DNA of 27,592 bases from Gemmatimonadota bacterium (GCA_038128265.1 JAYPJE010000050.1:1-27592); one strand, 5' to 3'. Shown: positions 19,301 to 27,345, counted from the stretch's first letter. The notes: a model not told the origin generated them from the sequence alone. Made by a program: numbers and translations.

Positions 19301-19774
19301 ATGCGCACCGGCATACTCTCCCTGCTGCTCTGCCTGCTGGCAGGACCGGCGCTGGCCGCTTCGACCGAAGAGATTAAAGAGGTCGCCGCAGAGCTGGTCT
19401 GCCTGTGCGGCGACTGCAACCGAGAGTCGCTGGCCACCTGCCTGTGCAGCGAGTTTGCCGTGCCGCAGCGCGAGCGCATCGGCCAGCTGCTCGACGAGGG
19501 CAAAAGCCACCGGGAAATCATCGACGAATACGTCGCGGCCTATGGGCAAATGGCCTTGGCCGCGCCGCCGCCCGAAGGGGCCAACCTACTCGCCTGGATC
19601 GCTCCTTTCGCGGCGCTGCTCTTTGGCGTCTTTCTCATCCGCTCCGTGCTGCGCAGCTGGCGGCGAGAAGAGCCCCTACCTGCCGACCCGAGCGCACCGA
19701 GCAAAACGACGTCCAACGCGGCACAGCGCGAGCGCCTGCAGCGCGAGTTGGATCGCTTTGACGAGGGCGAATAG
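19301..19774 (+). CDS. ccmH: CcmH-like protein with atypical Cys-rich motif
   Basis: Signal peptide, LVCLCGDC...CLC, R.RI..LL.EGKS..EII..YV..YG...L..PP, then LLAWIAP TM helix. Confidence 0.85.
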   Translation: MRTGILSLLLCLLAGPALAASTEEIKEVAAELVCLCGDCNRESLATCLCSEFAVPQRERIGQLLDEGKSHREIIDEYVAAYGQMALAAPPPEGANLLAWIAPFAALLFGVFLIRSVLRSWRREEPLPADPSAPSKTTSNAAQRERLQRELDRFDEGE

Positions 19775-19777
19775 TCA

Positions 19778-20272
19778 ATGGATACGACGGCCATCGCCGC
19801 CTGTGCTCTGCTCTTGCTCGGCTGCGGGTACTACATCGCCCGTCCGCTGCTCACCCTGCGCAACGCCTCCGCTGGCAGCGTGGGCGTGCGCCAGCTGAGC
19901 GAGCGCAAAGAACAGCTCTACGCCTCCATACTGGAACTGGAGTTCGACCGCGAGCTGGGCAAGCTGCCCGAGTCCGATTTCCAGCGCATGCGCAGCGAAT
20001 TAGAATCGCAAGCGCTGGCCATTATCGAGCAGATCGAACAGATCGAAGAACCGACGGCCCGCGATGAGTTGGAGCAGCGCATCGAGCGCGAGATCGCCGC
20101 GCTGCTGTCCGATGACGACCCGTCGCCGCAGCCGATGCCGCAACCACCTGCTTCACAGCCTTCGGCTCCCGCGATAACGACCAAGTTTTGCGGTCAGTGC
20201 GGCACGGCGCGGCGCGACGCAGCGGACCGCTTCTGCACCCAGTGCGGCAAGGCCTTTGAGGAAGCGACCTGA
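19778..20272 (+). CDS. CcmI-N-terminal-like membrane protein with C-terminal zinc ribbon
   Basis: N-terminal TM, LYASILELEFDRELGKLPESDF CcmI-like helix, Pro linker, FCGQCG...RFCTQCG. Confidence 0.75.
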   Translation: MDTTAIAACALLLLGCGYYIARPLLTLRNASAGSVGVRQLSERKEQLYASILELEFDRELGKLPESDFQRMRSELESQALAIIEQIEQIEEPTARDELEQRIEREIAALLSDDDPSPQPMPQPPASQPSAPAITTKFCGQCGTARRDAADRFCTQCGKAFEEAT

Positions 20273-20275
20273 GCG

Positions 20276-21403
20276 ATGGCCCGGTGGCTCTTCTGCGGTC
20301 TCGCACTGATTGGCTCCCTAGCGCTAACAGTCCCCCCTACAAACGCTGACTCAATCGACGGCTACGTGCTCAATCCCAACGGCAACCAGCGCGTGGGCGG
20401 CGTCGAAGTGGCCTTTTACGTGCGCCAAGACGATCAGGTTTCCGAGATCATGCGCAAGACGGCTGACGAAGCGGGGCGCTTTCGCTTTGCCGGACCGTTT
20501 CTCACCGCAGGCACTCCGTTCGCCCTGGCGGCTTTTTATAAGGACGTCACCTACTTCAGCTCGATGTTAGAAGTTGGCGCGCAGAAGCAGGTCATTCTGG
20601 AGGTCTACGAACCAACGGGCGATGAGAAGACCATCCGCATCGTATCCCACAATCTCTTTCTTCGCGTCGAAGAGGGAAGCATAGAAGCCATTCACCTGGC
20701 GCAGTTTTACAATGGGGGTGAGCATGCCTACGTGGGCAGCGGCCAGGGCAAGGAGCGACGGGTTAGCGAGTTTCGCTTGCCAGCCGGCGCCTTCAATATC
20801 CAGAGCCACTCGGGACACATACACCAAGCCGACGAGACGACGTTTTTCGACAACCAGCCCCTTCTTCCCGGACATTCCCAGCTCAGCTTTTCCTTTGATT
20901 TAAACACCGACCTGCTGGACGGGGGCTACTGGCACGAGGCGGCCTACCCCACCGAGCGCGTAGAGCTCTTTGTGCAGCCGAGCACCCTGGAGGTGGGCGG
21001 CGGCTGGACCGATGCCGGCGTTATGGACCTGCACGGGCAGCAGTATCGCCGCCTGCTCATGACCGATGTGGCGGCCGGCCAGCGCCTGCTCGTACCGCTG
21101 CCGATCGATGCGCCTATGCGCTGGATACTCAAGTGGATTGCCCTGGGCGGCGGCGCACTCATCGGTGCCGTCGTGTTGCTGGTGTGGAAACGCATCGGCG
21201 AACCGCCCCAACCCCTCTCGCCCGCGCCGCCCGATCCCGGTCTGGTGCAGCAGCGTCGGCAGCTGCTGGAGGCCATTGCCCGTCTCGATCGCACCCACGC
21301 CGAGGGGGGCGACGAGGAAGTATACCGACAGACGCGGCAGCGGCTGCTCGACCAAGCCATCAATCTGACGCGCCGCTCAGAGGGACAACAGTATGGCGGA
21401 TGA
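20276..21403 (+). CDS. Exported beta-sandwich (carboxypeptidase-regulatory-like) single-pass membrane protein in the ccm operon
   Basis: Signal peptide, IDGYVLN...VGGVEV...TADEAGRFRF, TM near the C-terminus, cytoplasmic RQLLEAIARLD...YRQTRQRL helix. Confidence 0.7.
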   Translation: MARWLFCGLALIGSLALTVPPTNADSIDGYVLNPNGNQRVGGVEVAFYVRQDDQVSEIMRKTADEAGRFRFAGPFLTAGTPFALAAFYKDVTYFSSMLEVGAQKQVILEVYEPTGDEKTIRIVSHNLFLRVEEGSIEAIHLAQFYNGGEHAYVGSGQGKERRVSEFRLPAGAFNIQSHSGHIHQADETTFFDNQPLLPGHSQLSFSFDLNTDLLDGGYWHEAAYPTERVELFVQPSTLEVGGGWTDAGVMDLHGQQYRRLLMTDVAAGQRLLVPLPIDAPMRWILKWIALGGGALIGAVVLLVWKRIGEPPQPLSPAPPDPGLVQQRRQLLEAIARLDRTHAEGGDEEVYRQTRQRLLDQAINLTRRSEGQQYGG

Positions 21404-22103
21404 CGACATCGTCATCGAAGGGGTCAGCAAGTTTTTCGCTTCCTTTGTCGCCCTGCACTCTGTCGAGCTGCGCATTGGGCGCGGTCAGTTCGTCCTGCTG
21501 GCCGGCGCCAACGGCGCGGGCAAGAGCACGCTGCTGCGCCTGATGGCCGGCATTAGCCGACCCAGCAGCGGGCGCGTGCTGATCGCGGGGCGGGACCCGC
21601 AGCGCCACGCCGCGGCGCGCGCGTCCATTGGCCTGCTATCGCATCACACGCTGCTTTACGACGACCTAAGCGCCGACGAAAATCTGGCCTTTTTTGCACG
21701 GCTTTACGCGCTGCCCAACGCCGCGCAGCGCGTAGACGAAGTCCTCGATCAAGTGGGACTAACCGCGCATCGGCACCGGCGCCTGCGCGGCTTTTCGCGC
21801 GGCATGCGCCAGCGGTTAGCGCTGGCCCGCGCCACGCTGCATCGACCTACTGTCCTGCTGTTAGACGAACCATTTACCGGTCTAGACCAGCCCGCCTGCG
21901 ACGGGCTGAGCGAACGCCTGCGCGCGCTGGGGGAAACCGACAGCACCTGCGTAATGGTCACGCACAGGTTGGAAGAGGCCGCCGAGCTGGCCGATCGCCT
22001 CGTCGTGCTGAGCAGGGGGCGCATCTGCCACGACGAAGCATGGAGCGGTTCCCCACAGGCGCTGATCGACACCTGCGCCCCTTTTTTGGGAGCAACCCGT
22101 TGA
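21393..22103 (+). CDS. ccmA: Heme ABC exporter ATP-binding subunit CcmA
   Basis: GANGAGKST Walker A, FSRGMRQR signature, LLLDEP Walker B and operon context. Confidence 0.9.
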   Translation: MADDDIVIEGVSKFFASFVALHSVELRIGRGQFVLLAGANGAGKSTLLRLMAGISRPSSGRVLIAGRDPQRHAAARASIGLLSHHTLLYDDLSADENLAFFARLYALPNAAQRVDEVLDQVGLTAHRHRRLRGFSRGMRQRLALARATLHRPTVLLLDEPFTGLDQPACDGLSERLRALGETDSTCVMVTHRLEEAAELADRLVVLSRGRICHDEAWSGSPQALIDTCAPFLGATR

Positions 22104-22777
22104 GCTTTTGGCAGCGCGCGCTGGCGATCCTGCGCAAGGATCTCGTGGCCGAGTGGCGCACCAAAGAGCGGCTCAGTCCCATGGCGTTTTTCTCGCTGCT
22201 CGTCCTGCTCGTCTTCAACTTTTCCTTTGAATTGGGTGGGGCCGCCCTGCACGAGATTGGGCCGGGCGTGCTGTGGTCGGCTTTTGTCTTTGCCAGCCTG
22301 CTGGGTCTGAGCCGCTCTTTTGCCGACGAACGCGAAAATCACTCGCTCGATGCCCTGCTCATGGCCCCGGGCGACCGCGGTGCCATCTACCTGGGAAAGA
22401 TGTTGGGCAACCTCGTTTTTCTGCTGGTTATCGAGCTCATCTGCTTGCCTTTCTTTGCGCTCTTTTTTAATCTCTCCCCTGGTTTTTTCCTGCTGCCGCT
22501 CTTGGGCGTATTCGTTCTCGGCTCGGCCTGTTTGTCGGCTGCCGGAACGCTCTTTGCGGCCATGTCCAGCTCGATGCGGCTGCGCGAGTTGCTGTTACCA
22601 CTGCTGCTGCTGCCCATGATACTGCCCGCGCTGATTTCCTGCGTGGAAGCGACCGGTTTAGTGCTGAGCAACCGGTTTGACGCGAGCCTGTTTTCCCACC
22701 TGAAAATGCTCGCCGTCTACGCGATTGTTTTCGTCACGCTTTCGCTCATGCTCTTTGAATATGCGATTGAAGAATGA
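22100..22777 (+). CDS. ccmB: Heme exporter permease CcmB
   Basis: LRKDL.AEWR, PGVLW, F.DERE..SLDALL, IYLGK and LLPLLLLP..LP. TTG start at 22100 overlaps the ccmA stop, with a GGGAG RBS. Confidence 0.92.
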   Translation: MSFWQRALAILRKDLVAEWRTKERLSPMAFFSLLVLLVFNFSFELGGAALHEIGPGVLWSAFVFASLLGLSRSFADERENHSLDALLMAPGDRGAIYLGKMLGNLVFLLVIELICLPFFALFFNLSPGFFLLPLLGVFVLGSACLSAAGTLFAAMSSSMRLRELLLPLLLLPMILPALISCVEATGLVLSNRFDASLFSHLKMLAVYAIVFVTLSLMLFEYAIEE

Positions 22778-23463
22778 ACGCACATAACCCGTTGGCCAAG
22801 ATGTTGCCCGCCCTGGCATTTGCCGCGATGCTGCTCGCGCTGGGCGCGGCCTTTCTCTACGCGCCCACCGAAAGCGTGATGGGCGATACGCAGCGCATCT
22901 TCTACTTCCACGTCCCGGCGGCCATCTCCGCTTTTGTCTGCTTTTTTCTCGTCTTTCTCGGCAGCGCACAGTACCTGCGCACCCGCCAGACGCGCTGGGA
23001 TCGACTGGCACTGTGTTCGGCCGAGTTGGGCGTGCTCTTTGGACTGATCGTGCTGGTCAGCGGACCGCTGTGGGCCAAGCCCATCTGGGGCGTGTACTGG
23101 CGCTGGGAGCCGCGCCTCACTTCCATGCTCATCACGTTTGTGATCTACGTTGCCTATTTGATGGTGCGCCAGCACGGAACGAGCACCGGCCAGGCCCCGC
23201 GCCTGGCGGCCGTGCTCGGCATCGTCGCCTTTGCCAACGTGCCGCTGGTATATTACTCCGTCGACCTGTGGGCCGCCGATCAGCAGCTACACCCCCAGCG
23301 CAACGTGGGTTTACAGCCGGAAATGCGCTACGCGCTGTGGATGTGTTTCATCGCCCACTTCTTGTTATTGACTCTGCTTTTGCTGCGCCGCCTCGACGTG
23401 GCGCGCGCCGAGGAAGCCGTCGAAAAACTGCGCCAACGCGCCTTGGCAAAGGCGGATTATTAG
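22774..23463 (+). CDS. ccmC: Heme exporter/heme-handling protein CcmC
   Basis: RIFYFHVP, GPLWAKPIWGVYWRWEPRLT (WWD-type) and QLHP conserved His. Confidence 0.93.
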   Translation: MNAHNPLAKMLPALAFAAMLLALGAAFLYAPTESVMGDTQRIFYFHVPAAISAFVCFFLVFLGSAQYLRTRQTRWDRLALCSAELGVLFGLIVLVSGPLWAKPIWGVYWRWEPRLTSMLITFVIYVAYLMVRQHGTSTGQAPRLAAVLGIVAFANVPLVYYSVDLWAADQQLHPQRNVGLQPEMRYALWMCFIAHFLLLTLLLLRRLDVARAEEAVEKLRQRALAKADY

Positions 23464-23473
23464 AGGACCCTCC

Positions 23474-23632
23474 ATGGACAACTTGCACTATTTATTCGCC
23501 GCCTATGCCTTTATATGGACCGTTTTGTTCGCCTATATAATGCGCCTCCAACGCCGCACGAACGAACTGAGAGACGAGCTCGAACGCCTGGGCAAGGAGC
23601 TGGGCGAATCCGATGCCGCTACAGGTGAATAG
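23474..23632 (+). CDS. ccmD: CcmD-family small membrane protein (52 aa, not in the ORF track)
   Basis: AGAGGA RBS. MDNLHYLFAAYAFIWTVLFAYIMRLQRRTNELRDELERL...: Y..AAY TM helix plus basic helix, directly after ccmC. Confidence 0.88.
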   Translation: MDNLHYLFAAYAFIWTVLFAYIMRLQRRTNELRDELERLGKELGESDAATGE

Positions 23633-23660
23633 GGACGCTGTCGGCGGCCGCAGCGCCAAG

Positions 23661-23690
23661 TTGACACTCGCTCCGCGCGCATGTTATATT
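23661..23690 (+). promoter_or_regulatory. Sigma70-type promoter for the DUF151 pair
   Basis: TTGACA (23661-66), N18, extended -10 TG-T-TATATT (23682-23690). Confidence 0.65.
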
Positions 23691-23737
23691 CTCACGAGTT
23701 GCCGTCGATCTAACTCCCAACCCGCGTTTTTTACCCA

Positions 23738-24355
23738 ATGATCCGAATGGAAGTCAGCGGGGTCTACAATAGCAGCCCCCAATCCTCCTATCCTCAGGTC
23801 GTCCTCAAAGAAGTGGACGGTCAGGCCTACCTGCCCATCATCATCGGGCGCTTTGAGGCGGCGGCTATTTCCATGGCGCAAAACGACCAGAGGCCGGCGC
23901 GGCCCATTAGCTACGACCTAGCGCGGCAAATTTTGGTCGGCATGGATTCGAAAATTACCAAGGTGGAAATCACCGATCTGCACGAAAGCACGTATTACGC
24001 CCAAGTCCACGTAGTGGACGGTGACGGTTGCGAACACGTGTTGGACGCGCGTCCGAGCGACGCCATTGCCCTGGCACTGCGCTTTGGCGCACCCATTTTC
24101 GCCGCGCGGCAAATCTTGGAAGAGGCCGGATTCCTCAAAACGGCGGAGGCGGCCCTTGCCGAGCCGCTGGCGAGCGACGACGATGAACAGCCCGTCGACG
24201 AGCCCGAAGAGAGCGCACTTCCCGCCGTTGTCGCCGAACCACTAAGCGAGTTGGAGCAGTTAAAACGCCGCATGGAACAGGCCATTGCCGAAGAAGTGTA
24301 CGAAGAAGCCGCACGGCTGCGCGACGAGATACATCGCCGCGAAAATCTCGAATAA
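23738..24355 (+). CDS. Bifunctional nuclease-family (DUF151) protein with C-terminal UvrB/UvrC motif, paralog 1
   Basis: LPIIIGRFEAAAI, DARPSDAIALALR and C-terminal LKRRMEQAIAEEVYEEAARLRDEI. Confidence 0.9.
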   Translation: MIRMEVSGVYNSSPQSSYPQVVLKEVDGQAYLPIIIGRFEAAAISMAQNDQRPARPISYDLARQILVGMDSKITKVEITDLHESTYYAQVHVVDGDGCEHVLDARPSDAIALALRFGAPIFAARQILEEAGFLKTAEAALAEPLASDDDEQPVDEPEESALPAVVAEPLSELEQLKRRMEQAIAEEVYEEAARLRDEIHRRENLE

Positions 24356-24381
24356 TCGAACGGATACTGGGTTTTAATACA

Positions 24382-25080
24382 ATGGGTGCCGCTTCTCTGG
24401 TTGAAATGGTCGTCGTAAAAGTGAGTCCCTACCTGCGCGAGGACCGACCGCTCGTTTGGCTGGGCGAGAAGAGCGCCGAGCAGCCGCGGCTGCTGCCCAT
24501 CGCCATCGGCGAGTTTGAAGCGGCGGCCATACAGATGCAGCTGGAGGAAGACGAACCCATCCGTCCCATTTCCTACGACCTGCTCTCTTCCATGCTGGGT
24601 CGCCTACAGGTCGACGTGCGCCAAGTCGTCATTCACACCGTTCGACGCTCCATATACTACGCCAAAGTCGTCGTGGAAAAGGGCCATAAGATACAGGACG
24701 TGGATTCGCGTCCAAGCGATGCCATTGCCCTAGCCCTGCGCACGGGATCACCCATCTTTGTCTCGCGGGAGTTGCTGGACAAGGTCGGCCTCGAACCGCT
24801 CGACACCGAAATCGATATAGAAAACACCCTCGATCGCTTTTACGAGATGGAGCCGCAAATTGCCGACGTGCAGTCCGACGCCGGAGGAGAGATTGGCGGC
24901 GAAGACCACGCCTTGGAAGACGTCGACGACGGCGAAGAAGGGCGGGAAGACGTTGAGGAATTGGATGCGTTGGGCCTTCTCCAAGCGCAATTAGAGCAGG
25001 CCGTCCTGTGCGAAGAATACGAAGAGGCTGCGCGGCTGCGCGACGAAATCGAGTCGCTGGGCAACGAGAGCGGATCCTAA
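24382..25080 (+). CDS. Bifunctional nuclease-family (DUF151) protein with C-terminal UvrB/UvrC motif, paralog 2
   Basis: LPIAIGEFEAAAI, DSRPSDAIALALR and LEQAVLCEEYEEAARLRDEI. Confidence 0.9.
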   Translation: MGAASLVEMVVVKVSPYLREDRPLVWLGEKSAEQPRLLPIAIGEFEAAAIQMQLEEDEPIRPISYDLLSSMLGRLQVDVRQVVIHTVRRSIYYAKVVVEKGHKIQDVDSRPSDAIALALRTGSPIFVSRELLDKVGLEPLDTEIDIENTLDRFYEMEPQIADVQSDAGGEIGGEDHALEDVDDGEEGREDVEELDALGLLQAQLEQAVLCEEYEEAARLRDEIESLGNESGS

Positions 25081-25141
25081 ACGAACCCTTGCGGCGAGCA
25101 GCTTTCCCTCAGAAAATCAACCTTTTCCGCGCAAATCACCC

Positions 25142-25600
25142 ATGAAGCTACTTTCTTGCGCTGCTACGGCGCTCCTCCTTTGTCTCTACTGGGGCTGCGA
25201 TGCTCAGAACGAGCGCTTCGATACCCCCTACGCCACTTTTAGCGCGCATCAGCAGGCCATTGAAAAAGGCGATTTAGACCTGCTTTGGGATACCTATAGT
25301 TTGGCCTATCGCGACCAGCAGGTGCGCGCCAGCTGGCGGCGTCAGTGGCGCGAGATGGCTCCCGAAAAAACCCGTGCCCTGCTGCGCCGAGAGATCGCCA
25401 AAGAAGAAGTTATAAACGACCAGATTGCTTATCTGCTCCTCGATCCAACCACCCTAGAGAACGAGCGCCAACCGCCTTTCTTCTATTTTATACGCGAAAG
25501 CGATGGCTGGAAGATAACCACTCACCTGGACAGCAGCTTCCACCAGGCGCTGGAAAGGGCCATTGAGAAGGGCGACTACAAGTTGCCCGAGCACTTTTAG
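25142..25600 (+). CDS. Hypothetical lipoprotein, possibly NTF2-like fold
   Basis: MKLL...LYWG/C lipobox-like signal. TP..T......AI..GD...L and F.RE.DGWKI patterns resemble NTF2-like lipoproteins. Confidence 0.65.
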   Translation: MKLLSCAATALLLCLYWGCDAQNERFDTPYATFSAHQQAIEKGDLDLLWDTYSLAYRDQQVRASWRRQWREMAPEKTRALLRREIAKEEVINDQIAYLLLDPTTLENERQPPFFYFIRESDGWKITTHLDSSFHQALERAIEKGDYKLPEHF

Positions 25601-25608
25601 CTCTGGCC

Positions 25609-25632
25609 GGGGCATCAAGCCCCACTCTTTTT
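25609..25632 (+). terminator. Weak possible terminator between convergent genes
   Basis: GGGGC-ATCAA-GCCCC followed by ACTCTTTTT. Confidence 0.3.
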
Positions 25633-25640
25633 CGCTCCTG

Positions 25641-26087
25641 CTAAAAAGATACGGGATGCACTGCGGGCTGCTGCTGCGCCGGAGCAACGGCGTCAGGTGG
25701 GCGAGGCCGTTCGCGTGCGCGACCGCTTGAAGCCGCGCCCCGCTCTGCTATCGAAGCAGGGTAGGTGGGCCCTGGGTCGGATCCTGGCCAAAGCAGCCAT
25801 ACCAGCGCAACGGCAACGGCGATGCCCCAGCGCAGCGTGCGCCGAGCTCGGCGCTGCTGCCTGAGGCGCGCCTCGCCTAAACGGCGGTCCAGCCGCAGTT
25901 GAAATGCCGCCGACGGGCTTTCCCCGCCCAGCCGGTGCAGCGCCTGCGCCAAGTGACGCATTCTCCCCAGCACTTCAGTGCACCGGGGACAAAAGCGCAG
26001 GTGTCCCTCCAAGAGCTCTTTCCTCACGCCGTCTAAGGTATCTTCGGCGTATTCGGACAGCCACTCCTCAAACTCTTCGCATTCCAA
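25641..26087 (-). CDS. Zinc-finger (ZAS / zf-HC2) anti-sigma factor, single TM
   Basis: C.EF.EWLSEY.ED.L......LEGHLRFCPRC (HxxxCxxC), P.PS..F helix, RR-rich stretch then TM. TTG at 26087 with a GGAAAGGGG RBS preferred over ATG 26177. Confidence 0.85.
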   Translation of the reverse strand: MECEEFEEWLSEYAEDTLDGVRKELLEGHLRFCPRCTEVLGRMRHLAQALHRLGGESPSAAFQLRLDRRLGEARLRQQRRARRTLRWGIAVAVALVWLLWPGSDPGPTYPASIAERGAASSGRARERPRPPDAVAPAQQQPAVHPVSF

Positions 26088-26140
26088 AACAATAGAAACC
26101 CCCTTTCCGGCAGCGATATACCACATCGCACCCATTCCAA

Positions 26141-26169
26141 TAGGACCCCTACCGGACGGGCCAAGTTCC
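26141..26169 (-). promoter_or_regulatory. Candidate ECF-sigma promoter for the anti-sigma gene
   Basis: Minus strand GGAACTT(26169-63)-N16-GTCCTA(26146-41). Confidence 0.5.
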
Positions 26170-26214
26170 CAATACATTCTTCAAGAAATAGGCACCTGGA
26201 CCGATAAAGAGGAT

Positions 26215-26697
26215 ATGGAACGCATCTGCAAATATGCCTGCTGGGCCCGATGGAGTGGATCGTATCGCCGCACGATCGCCATCGTCGCGGTGCTCGTTGC
26301 CCAGTCGTGGGTGATGGGCTGCGGCGTGCGCACCATCCCGCCCATCCGCTACTTGCCTATTTTGGGTAAGGAAAAAGAGGTAAAGACCACCCAGCTACTG
26401 GCCAGGGCGCTGGGGGATCGCGACCTAGCCGTGCGGGCCCAGGCCGTGCGCCTGCTGGACGTGCTGAGCCAGAGCAATGACAATGGGATAAAAAAGCAGG
26501 TCTCTCGAGTGTTGGGCATGGCGGCCAAGGACAGCGACCCCGGCATACGCCTGCAGGCCATTGAGAGCCTGGGCAAGATGGAAGCTCGGTACGGCAACAA
26601 ATATCTGCACGCTGCACTCAAGGACCCGAATCCCTTTGTGCGCGAGCGCGTCATGCAGGTGCTCAACCAGCGGCAAGCGCAGCTACCGGACTCCTAG
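26215..26697 (+). CDS. HEAT-repeat protein, probable lipoprotein
   Basis: LARALGDRDLAVRAQAV, AAKDSDPGIRLQAIESLG and AALKDPNPFVRERV HEAT units. Hydrophobic leader ending VMG/C. Start codon uncertain. Confidence 0.75.
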   Translation: MERICKYACWARWSGSYRRTIAIVAVLVAQSWVMGCGVRTIPPIRYLPILGKEKEVKTTQLLARALGDRDLAVRAQAVRLLDVLSQSNDNGIKKQVSRVLGMAAKDSDPGIRLQAIESLGKMEARYGNKYLHAALKDPNPFVRERVMQVLNQRQAQLPDS

Positions 26698-26734
26698 TCT
26701 GAGCACTTAGCCGACCCGACCGCTAGCAGCACTC

Positions 26735-27274
26735 CTACTCGTCGGGCTCCAACCCCATGCTTTCCAGCATAGCCATCAGCCCGTTCCACTGCTTGTCGTT
26801 CATCGCCTCCACCAGCTTGATCAGACCCGGCACGTTGCGCTTTTTCCCAACCTCGTAACACCGCTCAAACGCATCTACCCAATTGGAATCGGATAGCCCG
26901 GCGGCAATTGCCGGGCGGCCCAGCGCGTCCAACACGTTTGGATCAAAGGGCGCATCGGTTTCCAATAGCTGGCTAACGACGGCATCTGTTAGGGCGCGCT
27001 CCATAAGCGAGAAAAGCGCCCGCGCAGGGGCCGGTGAGTCGGCGGCGCGCGCCTCGTAGGCGGCGAGTAAAACGCGTGTCGTATCGAGTTTCAGCACCTC
27101 GGCCAGCTTTACACACACTTCGTCGGATGGGACCTTTTCGCCCTTTTCTATCTGGCCCACGTAGGTCGCCCACACCCCTTCGGGCTTCTGCGTCGTCTTC
27201 AACTGCTCGGCCAACGCGCGCTGACTGATGCGAGCGCCGAGGCGAGCATCCTTTATCATGTCGGCAAATGACAT
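26735..27274 (-). CDS. XRE/Cro-CI-type helix-turn-helix transcriptional regulator
   Basis: MSFADMIKDAR...ISQRALAEQL...YVGQIEKGEKVPS....KLAEVL HTH_3 pattern with an uncharacterised C-terminal domain. AGGAA RBS. Confidence 0.88.
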   Translation of the reverse strand: MSFADMIKDARLGARISQRALAEQLKTTQKPEGVWATYVGQIEKGEKVPSDEVCVKLAEVLKLDTTRVLLAAYEARAADSPAPARALFSLMERALTDAVVSQLLETDAPFDPNVLDALGRPAIAAGLSDSNWVDAFERCYEVGKKRNVPGLIKLVEAMNDKQWNGLMAMLESMGLEPDE

Positions 27275-27345
27275 TATATAAGTTCCTGTAAATTATGTAC
27301 TTGTGTGTTCTAAAAATAGAATATTATTTCACGCCACACCCCATT

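Noticed and set aside
22040..22099. ATG start for ccmB at 22040
   Set aside because: TTG at 22100 has an RBS, couples to the ccmA stop and matches CcmB length.
23098..23118. CcmC WRWEPRL instead of WxWD
   Set aside because: Conservative D-to-E change with both His ligands intact; not enough to claim altered function.
23682..23696. Possible CRP box TGTTA...TCACG, and TGTGA at 16798 before ccmE
   Set aside because: The first has 5-nt rather than 6-nt spacing; the second lacks a matching half-site.
25978..26214. Long starts for the HEAT ORF (25978) and the anti-sigma ORF (26177)
   Set aside because: They would overlap each other head-to-head; the shorter starts leave a plausible promoter region.
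27111..27120. ACACACACTT inside the XRE gene resembling the operator half-site
   Set aside because: Explained by codons for EVCV; no partner half-site.
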